DNA of 64,000 bases, from positions 180,916,001 through 180,980,000 of the forward strand of contig NC_042998.1 in the NCBI RefSeq assembly GCF_006345805.1. The letters are read 5' to 3'. Origin of the DNA: Octopus sinensis. Lineage: Eukaryota. Made by a program: the position numbers and the translations under genes. The notes below the pieces were generated by a model. The model was not told the DNA's origin. It saw only the letters and a list, made by a program, of their open reading frames with translations, and did no database searches. This document shows, piece after piece, positions 26,346 to 38,034 of this stretch (its first letter is position 1; the number at the start of each line of letters is the position of its first letter).

Positions 26346-26708
26346 GGAAGCACTCCGTCGGTTACGACGATGAGGGTTCCGGTTGATCCGAATCAACGGA
26401 ACAGCCTGCTCGTGAAATTAACGCGTAAGTGGCTGAGCACTCCACAGACACGTGTACCCTTAACGTAGTTCTCGGGAATATTCAGCGTGACAAAGGGCTG
26501 GCCCTTTGAAATACAGGGTACAACAGAAACAGGAAGTAAGAGTGAGAGAAAGAGTACAGCAGGGATCACCACCATCCCCTGCCGGAGCCTCGTGGAGCTT
26601 TAGGTGTTTTCGCTCAATAAACACTCACAACGTCCGGTCTGGGAATCGAAACCGCGATCCTATGACCGCGAGTCCGCTGCCCTAACCACTGGGCCATTGC
26701 GCCTCCAC
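26346..26708 (-). mobile_element. tRNA(Arg)-like SINE, tail type A, in a (TA)n context
   Basis: Copy of 1389-1776 with small internal deletions. Confidence 0.9.
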
Positions 26709-27299
26709 TATATGTATATACAGTGTTGGTGGGTATGAAACATCTTTATAAATATTTCTAATGTTCTTTTTAGTTGGTGACTTCACATTTCTAGGCATAC
26801 GTAATTAATTCTCTGCGACGATCTAAAAATGTGGTATTAATTTTCAGGATTCCCAGCTTTTTTATTGTACTTAAACTCCCCATCTCTCTCTCCTCTATCT
26901 CTCACCTCTCTCTTTGTTCACCATCAGAACATCACCCCTCAGCTGAAATTATATTTTTAACTCCCCTCCTCAACCTTTTTAACCACGTCATAAATATTAC
27001 CTCATGCCATGGATGCTTCTCTCTCCCTCTTTTGCTTTTTCTCTCTGTATGTCTGTGTCACTCTTCGCCTTATCCTCTATTCTCTCTCCTTTTTCTTTCT
27101 CCTCTCTTTCCTTTCAACTAATCGCGTGAAAGCGTAACAATTACATTCCCTGTACCTCACGTCATGGACGATTCTATTTCTTCTATTATTTCTACCTTTT
27201 TTTCTCTAATCACATGAAAGTGTTACCGACGGGCTTAGTAATGCAATGACAAGCACAATTATTATAAGATATTTATACATTTATATTTATATATGCGCA

Positions 27300-27498
<199 letters not shown>

Positions 27499-28414
27499 GC
27501 AAGTATGTATATTTGTATATATACGCCCTTGCATATTATCTTTCATATTTATTTTCATTAATATTTTCAGTTTATTTTCATTATTTTTTTCCTTCATTTC
27601 TCATTCATTATCATTTTATTTTTTCTGAAAATTCTACTTTTTATGAGTTTAATAAATTGAACTCATTCTACTGCAAAATCAATGTGGTCGAATAGAGAAA
27701 CTTGCTTTTTGTCTGTATATTCATATACACCAGCAGTATATATACATATACAGACAATATGGGAGGGTAAGAGAGATGGGAGATAAAGATAATGATGGTG
27801 ATGATGGTGGTGGTGAAGATAGAGGAGATGGTGATGAAGGTTGTGGTGGTGGTGATTGGATAGTGAAAAGAGTATTTTTTAAAGTATTGAACTAAGTGTT
27901 TTATATGACCTATCACTTAGTGCACGCGAATAAGTGCATTTCCGTGAAATATTCACGCTTATTTTCGTGGCATATATATGCAATTTAACTAAAGTTACCG
28001 ATAATGTTTTTTTTTCATAGTGAAACTACTTGGTAAAATTTATTAATTATTAAATGTATAATTCTTTACCCTATATTTGTGATAGTTATTTTGAAAATTG
28101 TAAAATCGCTGGAAATTTATAGAGAACCATAAAATATATAACACCTATAGAAATTCTATTTATTAAAACATTTAATTCTTTAGATCGTGTAAAGGTTTGT
28201 ATAGATAATATTCAATTTGTAGTACTTAGAAGACAATATCACAAGCTATAGTGATGTTGTTTTCTATAAAGCTATAATTCTTATTGAAATAATATTTTTC
28301 TACTTGACGTCAAGAACTAAATAGTTTTAACTACGGAACGTAATCGAAGTCATAATCCATCTAAAAAATTATTCTACTACTGCATGGCTACGTTGGTAAT
28401 ACTGTGTTTGTCTT

Positions 28415-28998
28415 AAGGAGGTGAGCTGGCAGAAATTTTAGCACGCCGGGCAAAATGCTGAGCGGTATATCGTCTGCCGCTACGTTCTGAGTTCAAATTC
28501 CGCCGAGGTCGACTTTGCCTGTCATCCTTTCGGGGTCGATAAATTAAGTACCAGTTACGCACTGGTGTCGATATAATCGACTTAATCCGTTTGTCTGTCC
28601 TTGTTTGTCCTCTCTGTGTTTAGCCCCTTGTGGGTAGTAAAGAAATAGGTATTTCGTCTGCCGTTACGTTCTGAGTTCAAATTCCGCCGAGTCAACTTTG
28701 CCTTTCATCCTTTCGGGGTCGATAAATTAAGTTCCAGTTACGCACTGGGTCGATGTAATCGACTTAATCCGTTTGTGCCCTCTATGTTTAGCCCCTTATG
28801 GGCAATAAGGAAATAAGAAACGTTAGCACACCGGGCGAAATGATTGGAGGTATTTCATCTGTGTTATTCCGCTGAGGCCGACTTTGCCTTTCATCCTTTC
28901 GGAGTCGATAAATTAAGTGTCAGTTACGTACTGGCATCGATTTAATCGACTGGCCCCGGCCCCCCAAAATTTCCTTCCTTGTGCCTAGAGTAGAAAAG
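28415..28998 (+). mobile_element. Trimeric SINE family M inside one 17-bp TSD; third unit has the variant tail
   Basis: TSD AATACTGTG(T/C)TTGTCTT at 28398-28414 and 28999-29015. Confidence 0.9.
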
Positions 28999-29530
28999 AA
29001 TACTGTGCTTGTCTTGCCTGTAACTTCATTTAACTTCTCTTAACTTCCCTTAATTTATTCAGTTACAGCATTTCATCTTCCTCCTTTACCTTCTGAACCT
29101 CCTACTAGCGGCCTTACCCTGTTATCTTACTATACTATATGCTTGCTCCCATATAATGAAAAGTTTTTATAAATAGATTTGAAATCTACGGATAGATCTG
29201 CGGTCACCGTAACACTGGATATAGTAACTGTCCCACTAAGCTGTGGATTCTAAATCAAATAAAATATATTAATGAATAGATGCAGGAATGGATCAATGGA
29301 TAACAGTTTACTTTGTAGCTCTAAGGATCTGTGCTGGCCTCGCTGTTTAGTTTCTTGGACAAGTATCTTACACTACACCTTTGAGTCGATGAATGCCTTC
29401 AGTGATATTCTGTAGATAGCAAAAATATGGAAGACCGTAATGCACAAGTATACAACACACAGAGACGCACGCACACACGCACATACAGTCCATCGTGCTC
29501 ACACACTCAAATATATATGCATGTGTATGT

Positions 29531-29613
<83 letters not shown>

Positions 29614-29751
29614 CTCATTAAAGATATAGGGTAAAGAATTGTTAATTTAATAATTAATAAATTTTACCAAGCAGTTTCGGTATGGAAATAAACACCATTA
29701 TCGGTAAAATCTAGTACCAAAAGTTTGTTTATATATAATCATAAATATAAT

Positions 29752-29932
29752 TAAGGGTTTAGCAACAAGTTGCTTCACCGCATACCGAAAATTTAGAAAT
29801 AGTAGCCAAAAGACAGCTAATTCTTTTCAGTACAAATATACCCTGTCCGTGGAGTGAAAAGAATTAGCTGTCTTTTGATTGCTATTTCTAAATTTTCAGT
29901 ATGTGGTAAAGCAACTTGTAGCTAAACCCTTA
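29752..29932. repeat. Long inverted repeat (78-bp arms, 25-nt spacer)
   Basis: TAAGGGTTTAGC...TTCTTTTCA / TGAAAAGAA...GCTAAACCCTTA with a few mismatches. Confidence 0.9.
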
Positions 29933-30040
29933 TCCCCTACTTTCCTCCTCGTGTTTGACCCTTCTGTCCGGCACTAGTCGCCATGATAGATCGTTAGCCA
30001 CTACACACAATTTGTTTCTCTCCTTGTTTTTTTCTGAGTC

Positions 30041-30078
30041 CCTTTCTGTAGAAGAGCGTAGGCTCGAAACGTAAAAGA
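30041..30078 (+). ncRNA. Minimal hammerhead-like motif, family H1 (U6 variant), within a pLTR at about 29990-30170
   Basis: CCTTT CTGTAGA A GAGC GTAG GCTC GAAAC GTA AAAGA. Confidence 0.6.
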
Positions 30079-30301
30079 CTTTTTTCTATTCCTGAGCGTT
30101 ATACTAATACATCTGTTTGTTTTGTACACCACCTGTCTTATTCTTTTGTTTTTTCGTAAACTCTCCTATATATATATATATATATGTTACTCAACGAAAT
30201 TCCAACTTGGTTTGATTTTCACGTGTTATTTGCAATTTTTAAAATGTTACAATTGTTGTATTTTACAAGGTTAAATATTGAAATAAGCTAGCACTTTCAA
30301 A

Positions 30302-30391
30302 CGTTACGCAATCATCAGGTTTATGTAGTGACAGCTGTGTTCCTTTTGTGGAACATGACTGTCACTACGTAAACCTGATGATTGCGTAACG
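30302..30391. repeat. 42-bp-arm hairpin carrying CTGATGA cores (inverted pLTR-like junction)
   Basis: Arms 30302-30343 and 30350-30391, 4 mismatches, loop TTTTGT. Confidence 0.85.
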
Positions 30392-30494
30392 CATGAGTTT
30401 TAAAATTGTAAAAATTGTAAATAATAAAACATGAAGATGAGACTATGTTGGAATTTCATTAATATATTCTTCTATACAGAATCATATAAATTCG

Positions 30495-30554
<60 letters not shown>

Positions 30555-30822
30555 TATACATACATAGAAATTTGACATGGTCGATTCTTTCTTGTTTTGA
30601 TTGAGGTTCACGCTCAACGGCCGGTTAGAATTGTCCGTGTGTGATGCTGGGCTTTGTATTCATCCATAGTTCCCATAATAATACTCTTGTGTTTACTAGT
30701 ATATACAAAATCTTATGTATTATATATATTCGTCTTTTGTTTATTTCCGTAAACCTGCCTTCGTCTTTTGTCTATTTTCATAAAGCTTCCGTTATATATA
30801 TATATACATATATATTATATAA

Positions 30823-30889
<67 letters not shown>

Positions 30890-31723
30890 TATATATAATA
30901 ATATAATATATATATATGCACACACAACATAACTATATCTATGTATATATAGATTGATACATACATACAAATATACATAAATATTGATAAAATAAGAACT
31001 TAGGTTTAAAATAATTTGTGGGGTCTATATACACGACTGAACCCATAAAAATAGTGAATCTGCAAAGCTGCAATCCAATAACTGGTGAAAAGATGAATAC
31101 ACGAATATGTTGCATGTATATATATAAATGTGCGTGTGTGTGTCTGTCTGTGTGCTTGCACACGTGTGTGTATGTATACATATGTGAATGCGTGTAAGGA
31201 GAGAGAGAGTGAGTGAGAGAGCGTGAGTGAGAGAGCGAGAGAGAGAGAGAGAGAGCGTGGGAGAGAGAGAGAGAGAGAGAGAAAACCGTGTGTCTCAAAT
31301 ACCTCACAATAAAAAATTTTGATTTCTTGAAATTATCTCCATCTCCAGAGGATGTGTCATAATTACCAAATGACAGTTGAGACCAGATCTATTTGAGAAG
31401 GGGTGCTAATCTCGAGATTCAATAATTTCTCGGAAACTGACGAGTCATTATAAAAAAGGAGAGGCTTATAGTTTGGAGATAAGAGGACAGTTGTGGACAA
31501 GTGTTTAACCTTGATCAGCATGACAATTGTCCTACATCTCCAGCAACTACAAAACAGTGTAGGAAAGAGTAATGGCCTAGGTAATTTTCATGAGATTATC
31601 TCCCCTTCTCAAGAGATAATGCTAATAAATCAGGAACTTTTGCTGTATGGTATTTAACATACCAAGTATTTGTCTATGTTATTCAAATACATGCCACTTG
31701 CTACTTCGATTAATTCGTGTTAG

Positions 31724-31762
<39 letters not shown>

Positions 31763-31860
31763 TATATAATATTAATTCGAGAACAACCACCACTATTTTG
31801 CAAAACAAACAAGGAAAACTTAGTCAATACATAAAAATTTTAATATAAAATAATAAACCG

Positions 31861-31903
31861 CCACTACATTCGTTCATGTCTTCAAATGACATTCGTCAGG
31901 TGG
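31861..31903 (-). ncRNA. Type I hammerhead-like motif lacking one A of GAAAC
   Basis: CCAC CTGACGA ATGTC ATTTGAA GACAT GAAC GAAT GTA GTGG: intact stems I and II. Confidence 0.6.
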
Positions 31904-32028
31904 ATTTCCGATCTTCTAATCATTTTTAATTTATGTCTCGAATTAATATTATATAATATTTTACTATAAAATGGATTTAATCCTAAATCTGATTTTTCCC
32001 TGTAAATTTGGATTTATTCCGTAATATT

Positions 32029-32081
<53 letters not shown>

Positions 32082-32444
32082 GGGGTAAAATATGAAAAAT
32101 CAACGAAAATGCTTATTGCAAATAGAAAAAGGCTCTTTACGACAGGTAGTGACAAATATATACATTTAGATTGACTGAGGTAGTAATACGAGTCATAAAG
32201 GTTATTATTATGTGCTGATTATTATAAGATGATAATAAAGTAAGAGAACAAAACGAACCAGTGGTTGGCGAAGGTTATCATCGTTTGCTATTTGAGATGG
32301 GTATTTTATATTTTCTTTTCGTAACATATTTCTACTATATATATATATATATATAATATATATATATAATAATTATATAATTATATTATATATTATATAT
32401 ATATATATATTATATATATATATATATTGATATATATATATATA

Positions 32445-32600
32445 CGAGCAAAACGCCCCCTGTCCAATGGACGGTGCTGAGTTGTCAAACATTTAAGCCA
32501 AATTTTCTGAAAACAACTTGTCCGACCATTCCATAGGCCTCCCATTTGAGAAACACTGATTTAACCTAAATTTGAGACACCAGCAAAAGAAGAAATAAAA
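32445..32600 (+). pseudogene. Possible Penelope GIY-YIG endonuclease relic
   Basis: Frameshifted RAK.PCPMDG..SNI.A.....HSIGL resembles the PLE motif CPLDG.CL..N.IY.A....YIG. Confidence 0.4.
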
Positions 32601-32699
32601 ATAGACTTTTTTTCTATTCCAAAGAAAAACGATTTTATTCACACAAATAAGCAACCGAAGAGTAATGATAATGCTGTTGACTAGGAGAACACAAACATG

Positions 32700-32992
32700 G
32701 TTTAAATAGTAAGCTTGGCGGGAAAGAAATGTGCCATTAAGCAGTACAAAAACAACAAAAAATGGAAGGTGCAGTTATGTACAGGCTGACGGAAGAAAAG
32801 CAGGACAAAAACGGCTTTATCGATCGCATTCTCACCTAGAATCGATTTTTGTGATTTTTCCAAGACTTATACACGCACTGATACCGTCGGTATCTACACA
32901 TCAAATTTTAGCGCAATCGGATGGAGGATGCCCGAGATCCGAGGAGACACCCACACACCCACACAGACAGAACGGATGTTATATAAGAGATA
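32700..32992 (+). mobile_element. Helitron-like non-autonomous element, 3' part
   Basis: CAAATTTTAGCGCAATCGG...ACACAGACAGAACGGATGTTATATAAGAGAT terminus, similar in style to 5095-5462. Confidence 0.5.
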
Positions 32993-33764
32993 TTGTGTGT
33001 GTGTGTATGTGTGTGTGGGTGTGTGTACACATATATCACTTACATAATATTAAATATCTCTTCAACTGTCTTATGCATGATATATGTATATGTATGCATA
33101 TATATGTGTGTATGTATGTACCCATATATATATACACACACATATATACATATATATATGTATATATATTATATATATATATATATATATCTGTATATCT
33201 TTCTCTCTTTCTCCCTCTCTTTCTCTCTCTCTCTATATATATATATACATATATATATGCTTATATCTCTGATGGCTGGTGTCTCCGATATTGTTGCATG
33301 GTCTATCAGTCAATTGTCTTGAGAATAATGTAAATTTTATGTTTTCGGTGTAGTTTCATAGTTTGGAGCGTGACACAAAATGCAGATAGGTACTTGCAAT
33401 TGTATTCATATAATGACCACAAAATAGAGAAGACATAATCTGTACGAATTATATGCTTTTTGTCTTGCCTTTTCATATCTATTTTCTATTTTCTACTTTC
33501 TAGTCTCACGACTCTATTCAATAAACACTTCAGGAGAAAAGACCTACTAAATAAGCGTGTCTTCCATTCTTCTATAAACGTACTCAAAGCTGAATGTTCG
33601 TTGGCACATTTGACATAAATATATATACTTGCATAATCCTCCGAATATATATATATATGCATGTGTGTATGCATTTGTGTCTGTGTTTACGTATGTGCGT
33701 TATGTGTGTGTGTGTGCGTGTTTACGTGTGTGTACACACAGATACACACATATATCTATCTAAC

Positions 33765-33843
<79 letters not shown>

Positions 33844-33887
33844 CATATATTATATATAAAGATATATATAAAGATATATATATATAC

Positions 33888-33938
<51 letters not shown>

Positions 33939-34408
33939 GAGAAAGAGGAAGAACGAAAGAGAATGAGGTAAACTAAATCCGAAAATATGCACAACAAAGA
34001 GAGAAATGTATAAATGTTGACGCTTTAATACATGCGCAGGAATAATCATATAAGCAGAATAATAGAATATAGATAACAGACGATTGCAGCACTTGGCTTA
34101 TAGGAGAAACGGATTAAGAAGAATATTTATCGCAATTGTCATTTTGACAATCAACAATTTGAATAAAAAGACATTGCCCAAATATCAATGGATAACTCGC
34201 TACATGCAGTAGAGTTATTTTAGTTTAGTTTTTTTTAATATGTTCCGCTCTATCGTCATTTATGTGACAAAAGGAAATCCTCGCACCCACATACACAAAC
34301 ACACACACACATACCATTATGTGTATGTGTGCGTATCTATCTATATATACTATATACATACATATACATATATATATACATACATATATATATATATGTA
34401 TGTATATA

Positions 34409-34440
<32 letters not shown>

Positions 34441-34441
<1 letters not shown>

Positions 34442-34617
34442 CCGCTGGCGATTTTTTTCCCCTGTCTTCCCTTCTCTGGATCTTTCCTTCTCCTATATTC
34501 CGACGAAGAGCTCCGCTCGAAACGTTTTAAAACCTCCTTCTTTCCTGAGCGTCCAATAATACTATATTTGTTCCACGTCCTCGCGTTGTGTTTTTTTTTT
34601 GTACTTCTTGTTTGGAT

Positions 34618-34620
<3 letters not shown>
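34441..34620 (+). mobile_element. Solo pLTR-like element (family H2) embedded in (TA)n, with a hammerhead-like motif at 34497-34532
   Basis: CCGACGA A GAGC TCC GCTC GAAAC GTT; shares TTCCTGAGCG with family H1; (TA)n on both sides. Confidence 0.55.
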
Positions 34621-34658
<38 letters not shown>

Positions 34659-34728
34659 ATATATATATATATATATCTACACATATCTATCTATACACAC
34701 GCGCCCACACACACACACACATATATAT

Positions 34729-35420
34729 ATTAGCTGACGTACCCTTCGTTCCGTTCTCATAACTGTTTCGCTAATCCAATAACAACAATACAAATTATGT
34801 ATCCCTTTAAACGGTTTTTGTAGATTTACAGAGAATACCAAACTGTCTTACATAGCATCTTGCTTTTAGGAATTGGCAATCAGTTATGAATGCACAAATT
34901 GTGAAGTCAGTTATGTAATAACATGAAATTAGTTACCCAATAGTAAGAATTCAAGTAAAGTAGCCCCGAAAAAAGGCTTTAATGTGTTCCCAGAGTAAGT
35001 AGAACCTAGGAGGAAATACTAATAATGTATAAATACTTAAATCGTGAAGTATGTCACGCAGTAACAGGCTAATCAGATATGAGATAATAACAATTCAAAG
35101 TAAATAACTCTGGAACGGGCTTTTGTGCGTTCCTAGAGAATATTACCCTCAGCAGTGCTAATGTTGGTATATTCGTGAATGACTCACCAACCGAAATAAG
35201 TGGATGTATTGTTTAGGAAAATACTATTTACTTGTTCAAGGGTTCTACTGTATAAATTGCGAAAATAACTCTAACAGTTCAAATTCTAAGAAATAAACAT
35301 ACTGAATTTGATTTTTACCAAATAATATAGGAAAATGAATGGGTTATTTCCCTTGGCTGTTAAAATCTGGCGAATGGGTAATTTCTCTTGGCTATTAGAA
35401 TGAAATATATTAGATATATA
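34729..35420 (+). mobile_element. Helitron-like non-autonomous element
   Basis: Starts TTAGCTGACGTACCC and ends AATATATTAGAT. Confidence 0.45.
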
Positions 35421-35589
35421 TAAGGATCTCTTCCAGGCGCCCTATTATCGCCTTTTTCAACAATCTAAGTATGTTATGCGGTTTCCAGATATGAGCTCTA
35501 CACACGTGTCAATTTATATCAAAATCGATAAACGATATAGGAGGTGTTAGCTAACAACTCCACAAAAACACCCACAGACAGAATTTCCT

Positions 35590-36775
35590 CAAGGAAAGTT
35601 TTCAGGCTGTCCTTGTATCGTCTCAGTGGCCTTCCAGGGTTTCTTGCTCCAGAATCCAGCTCAGAGTAGATCATCTTTGGTAGACATGTGTCGTCCATTT
35701 GGACTACATGTCCGACCCACCAGAGCTGGGCCTTCATGATGAGGGCTTCGATCCCGGGCATTTCGGCTCTGCGATGCACCTCAGTGTTGGAGATTCTGTC
35801 CCTCCAGGAAATTCCCATGATTCGTCGCAAGCAGCAGAGGTGGAACTGGTCATGTACTCGCATTTGCCTCCTATACAGCGTCCACATCCCGCAGCCGTAG
35901 AGCAGAGAGGTGATGACGACTGACCTATAGACTACCAGCTTGGTGAAAAGTCTGAGGCCTCGTTCGATCCACACACGTGTCCAAAGTCCGCCAAACGAAA
36001 CTCCTGCTTTTGCAAGCCTCGTTTGTCCATGCTGCAGTTTGAGGGCAGGTAGCTTCCCAAGTATGTAAAGCTCTCCACGTTGTTCAGAGTTGTACCCTCA
36101 ATCACAATCTGAGGTTCAGGAGGTGTCAAGCCAGGCGCAGGCTGATGCATCACTTCAGTTTTCACAGTCTAATGGTCAGTCCGAAGGCTTTTGCTGCTTC
36201 TGCGAGACAAGTGGCAAGTTCTTGCAGGTCAGGTTCATTCAATGCAAAGAGAAAGTCTCTCTGAGGTCAAAGAATCGGCCGTCACATCTGTAGCGAATAG
36301 TAACACCAGCATCAGACTTTGACAAGGCGCGGAAGAGCATGGTGACAAACATGAGGCTGAAGGGTGTGGGAGCCATCACGAATGGATCAGAGACATCTCC
36401 GTTTTCCACGATGCGAGCCATCATGTCATCATGAAATGACTGAAGCGAGTTGGCAGAAACTTTAGCATGCCGGAGAAAATGCTTAGCGGTATTTCGTCTG
36501 CCGTTACGTTCTGAGTTCAAATTCCAACGAGGTTGACTTTGTCTTTCATCCTTTCGGGGTCGATAAATTAAGTACCAGTTACCCACTGGGGTCGATGTAA
36601 TCGTCTTAATCCCTTTGTCTGTCCTTGTTTGTCCCTTCTATGCCTCTTGTGGGCAATAAAAAAATATGAAATGACTGGATGATCCTGACGAGCTTTGGTG
36701 GGCAGCCTAGCTTGGACAAGATATCCCACAGTCCCTCTCGGCTGACAATGTCAAAAGGAAGTGGTTGTCCTTTAG
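35590..36775 (-). pseudogene. RTE-clade LINE ORF (RT C-terminal half)
   Basis: IRYRCDGRFFDL, KTEVMHQPAPG, FTYLGS, LLYGC..WT.YRR, CLRRIMGISWRDRISNTEV, W.GHVV.MDD..LPK. Confidence 0.92.
36443..36665 (+). mobile_element. SINE family M monomer inserted in the RTE, 12-bp TSD
   Basis: TSD ATGAAATGACTG at 36431-36442 and 36666-36677. Confidence 0.9.
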
Positions 36776-38030
36776 GAGTTATTTTATCTGCGGACCTATG
36801 AATACGCCCTCCTCCAGTTTTGCCTCGGTCATTTTGCGAAATTTGGCCTTCACATATTCAAAATATCTTAAGCTTTTCCTGGCAAGTGTCTTCACGAATT
36901 GTTCATGAGGCCAAGCTGTATGTGAAGAGGGGGAAGAAGAATATTTTCTGGGTTTAAAAGTGGCTTACTCTGGACGCTAGAAACTCCCGGCTCATATGAT
37001 TTTTGCAAAGACCACTCTGATTGCATATAGTGCTTATTAGTTGCACGACTGTCCCACAGTCATAAAAATGCAACAATATTTCGTGAACCCAGACTGCATT
37101 CCCATCAATATTCCAATCCCCTTCAAATCTCCACATATTTTCCAGCTGTTGTTTGTATAATTTATGGCATTGAGGAGTACTTGCATGTTTTCATAACACT
37201 CCTTCATATGCATTGAATGTTTTATGGGAATTGATGGTTTCTTATTGCCGTTGTGTAGTAGTACTGCCTTGAGGCTTCTCTTAGATGAATCAATGAATTA
37301 GCGCCATTCAGCTGGAACATGCTCTTGGAACAAACAGCGAAATAACTCATCAATTTTATTACTGAAAGAAAGTGGTCCATCGAAAGAGAAGAATGAAGTC
37401 AGATCCCTATTTCTCTTCCTGTGAAATGAGTAATACAAACATCTTTCTTAAGCAGACACTTTTCTTGTAGGCGAGAATAGTTCAGCTTTATCCTTCGACA
37501 ATGACAAGTTTCTGTGGTAAGTCTTTCAATCGTGAAATCTGCATCCACTTCGGTGTCTTCCACAGTAGTAGTATTTTATTCAGGAAATTCAATACATGTT
37601 CGTCAGAAATCTGAAGACCATTTTCTGGTGGTATTGAAATAGGAAGATCATCATCGTTGTACTGGTCTTCTTGCTGATTCCAAGCTGGGATACATAAACT
37701 TATGCTTGGTCTTTACAGTAAACTCACATACATCAACGTTGCAGAAATAACAGTCCATGATCCTTTGGTTCTCTTCATATCATAGGTATTGCAAACGGTA
37801 TTGCTCTCTTCCTCTTATTTAACCAATCCCTTATTCCATTTGAACAAGCTGAGTAGATGATGTGCGGGGCCCAGCTCTAATCTTGATCCCTGAGAGAGCA
37901 GTCAAAGTATAACTGGTAGATCTTCTTGATTTCACTTGTGATAGCACGTTGCTGAGCTTTGGTGGTAAATGAACCACAGACATGACAAAATATATCAGGT
38001 CTGTACTTGCAATGCCTTGACATATTTATA
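36776..38030 (-). pseudogene. Chapaev3-like transposase pseudogene, copy 2 (different lineage)
   Basis: MSRHCKYRPDIFCHVCG..DQD.SWAPHII..FAIPMI.REPKDH.DCYFC; W.ICGDLK.I..L.G.Q.GFTKY; ILLPPLHI.LG; LEEGVFIGPQI. Confidence 0.8.
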
Positions 38031-38034
38031 ATTT

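Noticed and set aside
32731-33333. 200-aa ORF
   Set aside because: It spans a Helitron-like element end and TA/TG microsatellites; no protein motif.
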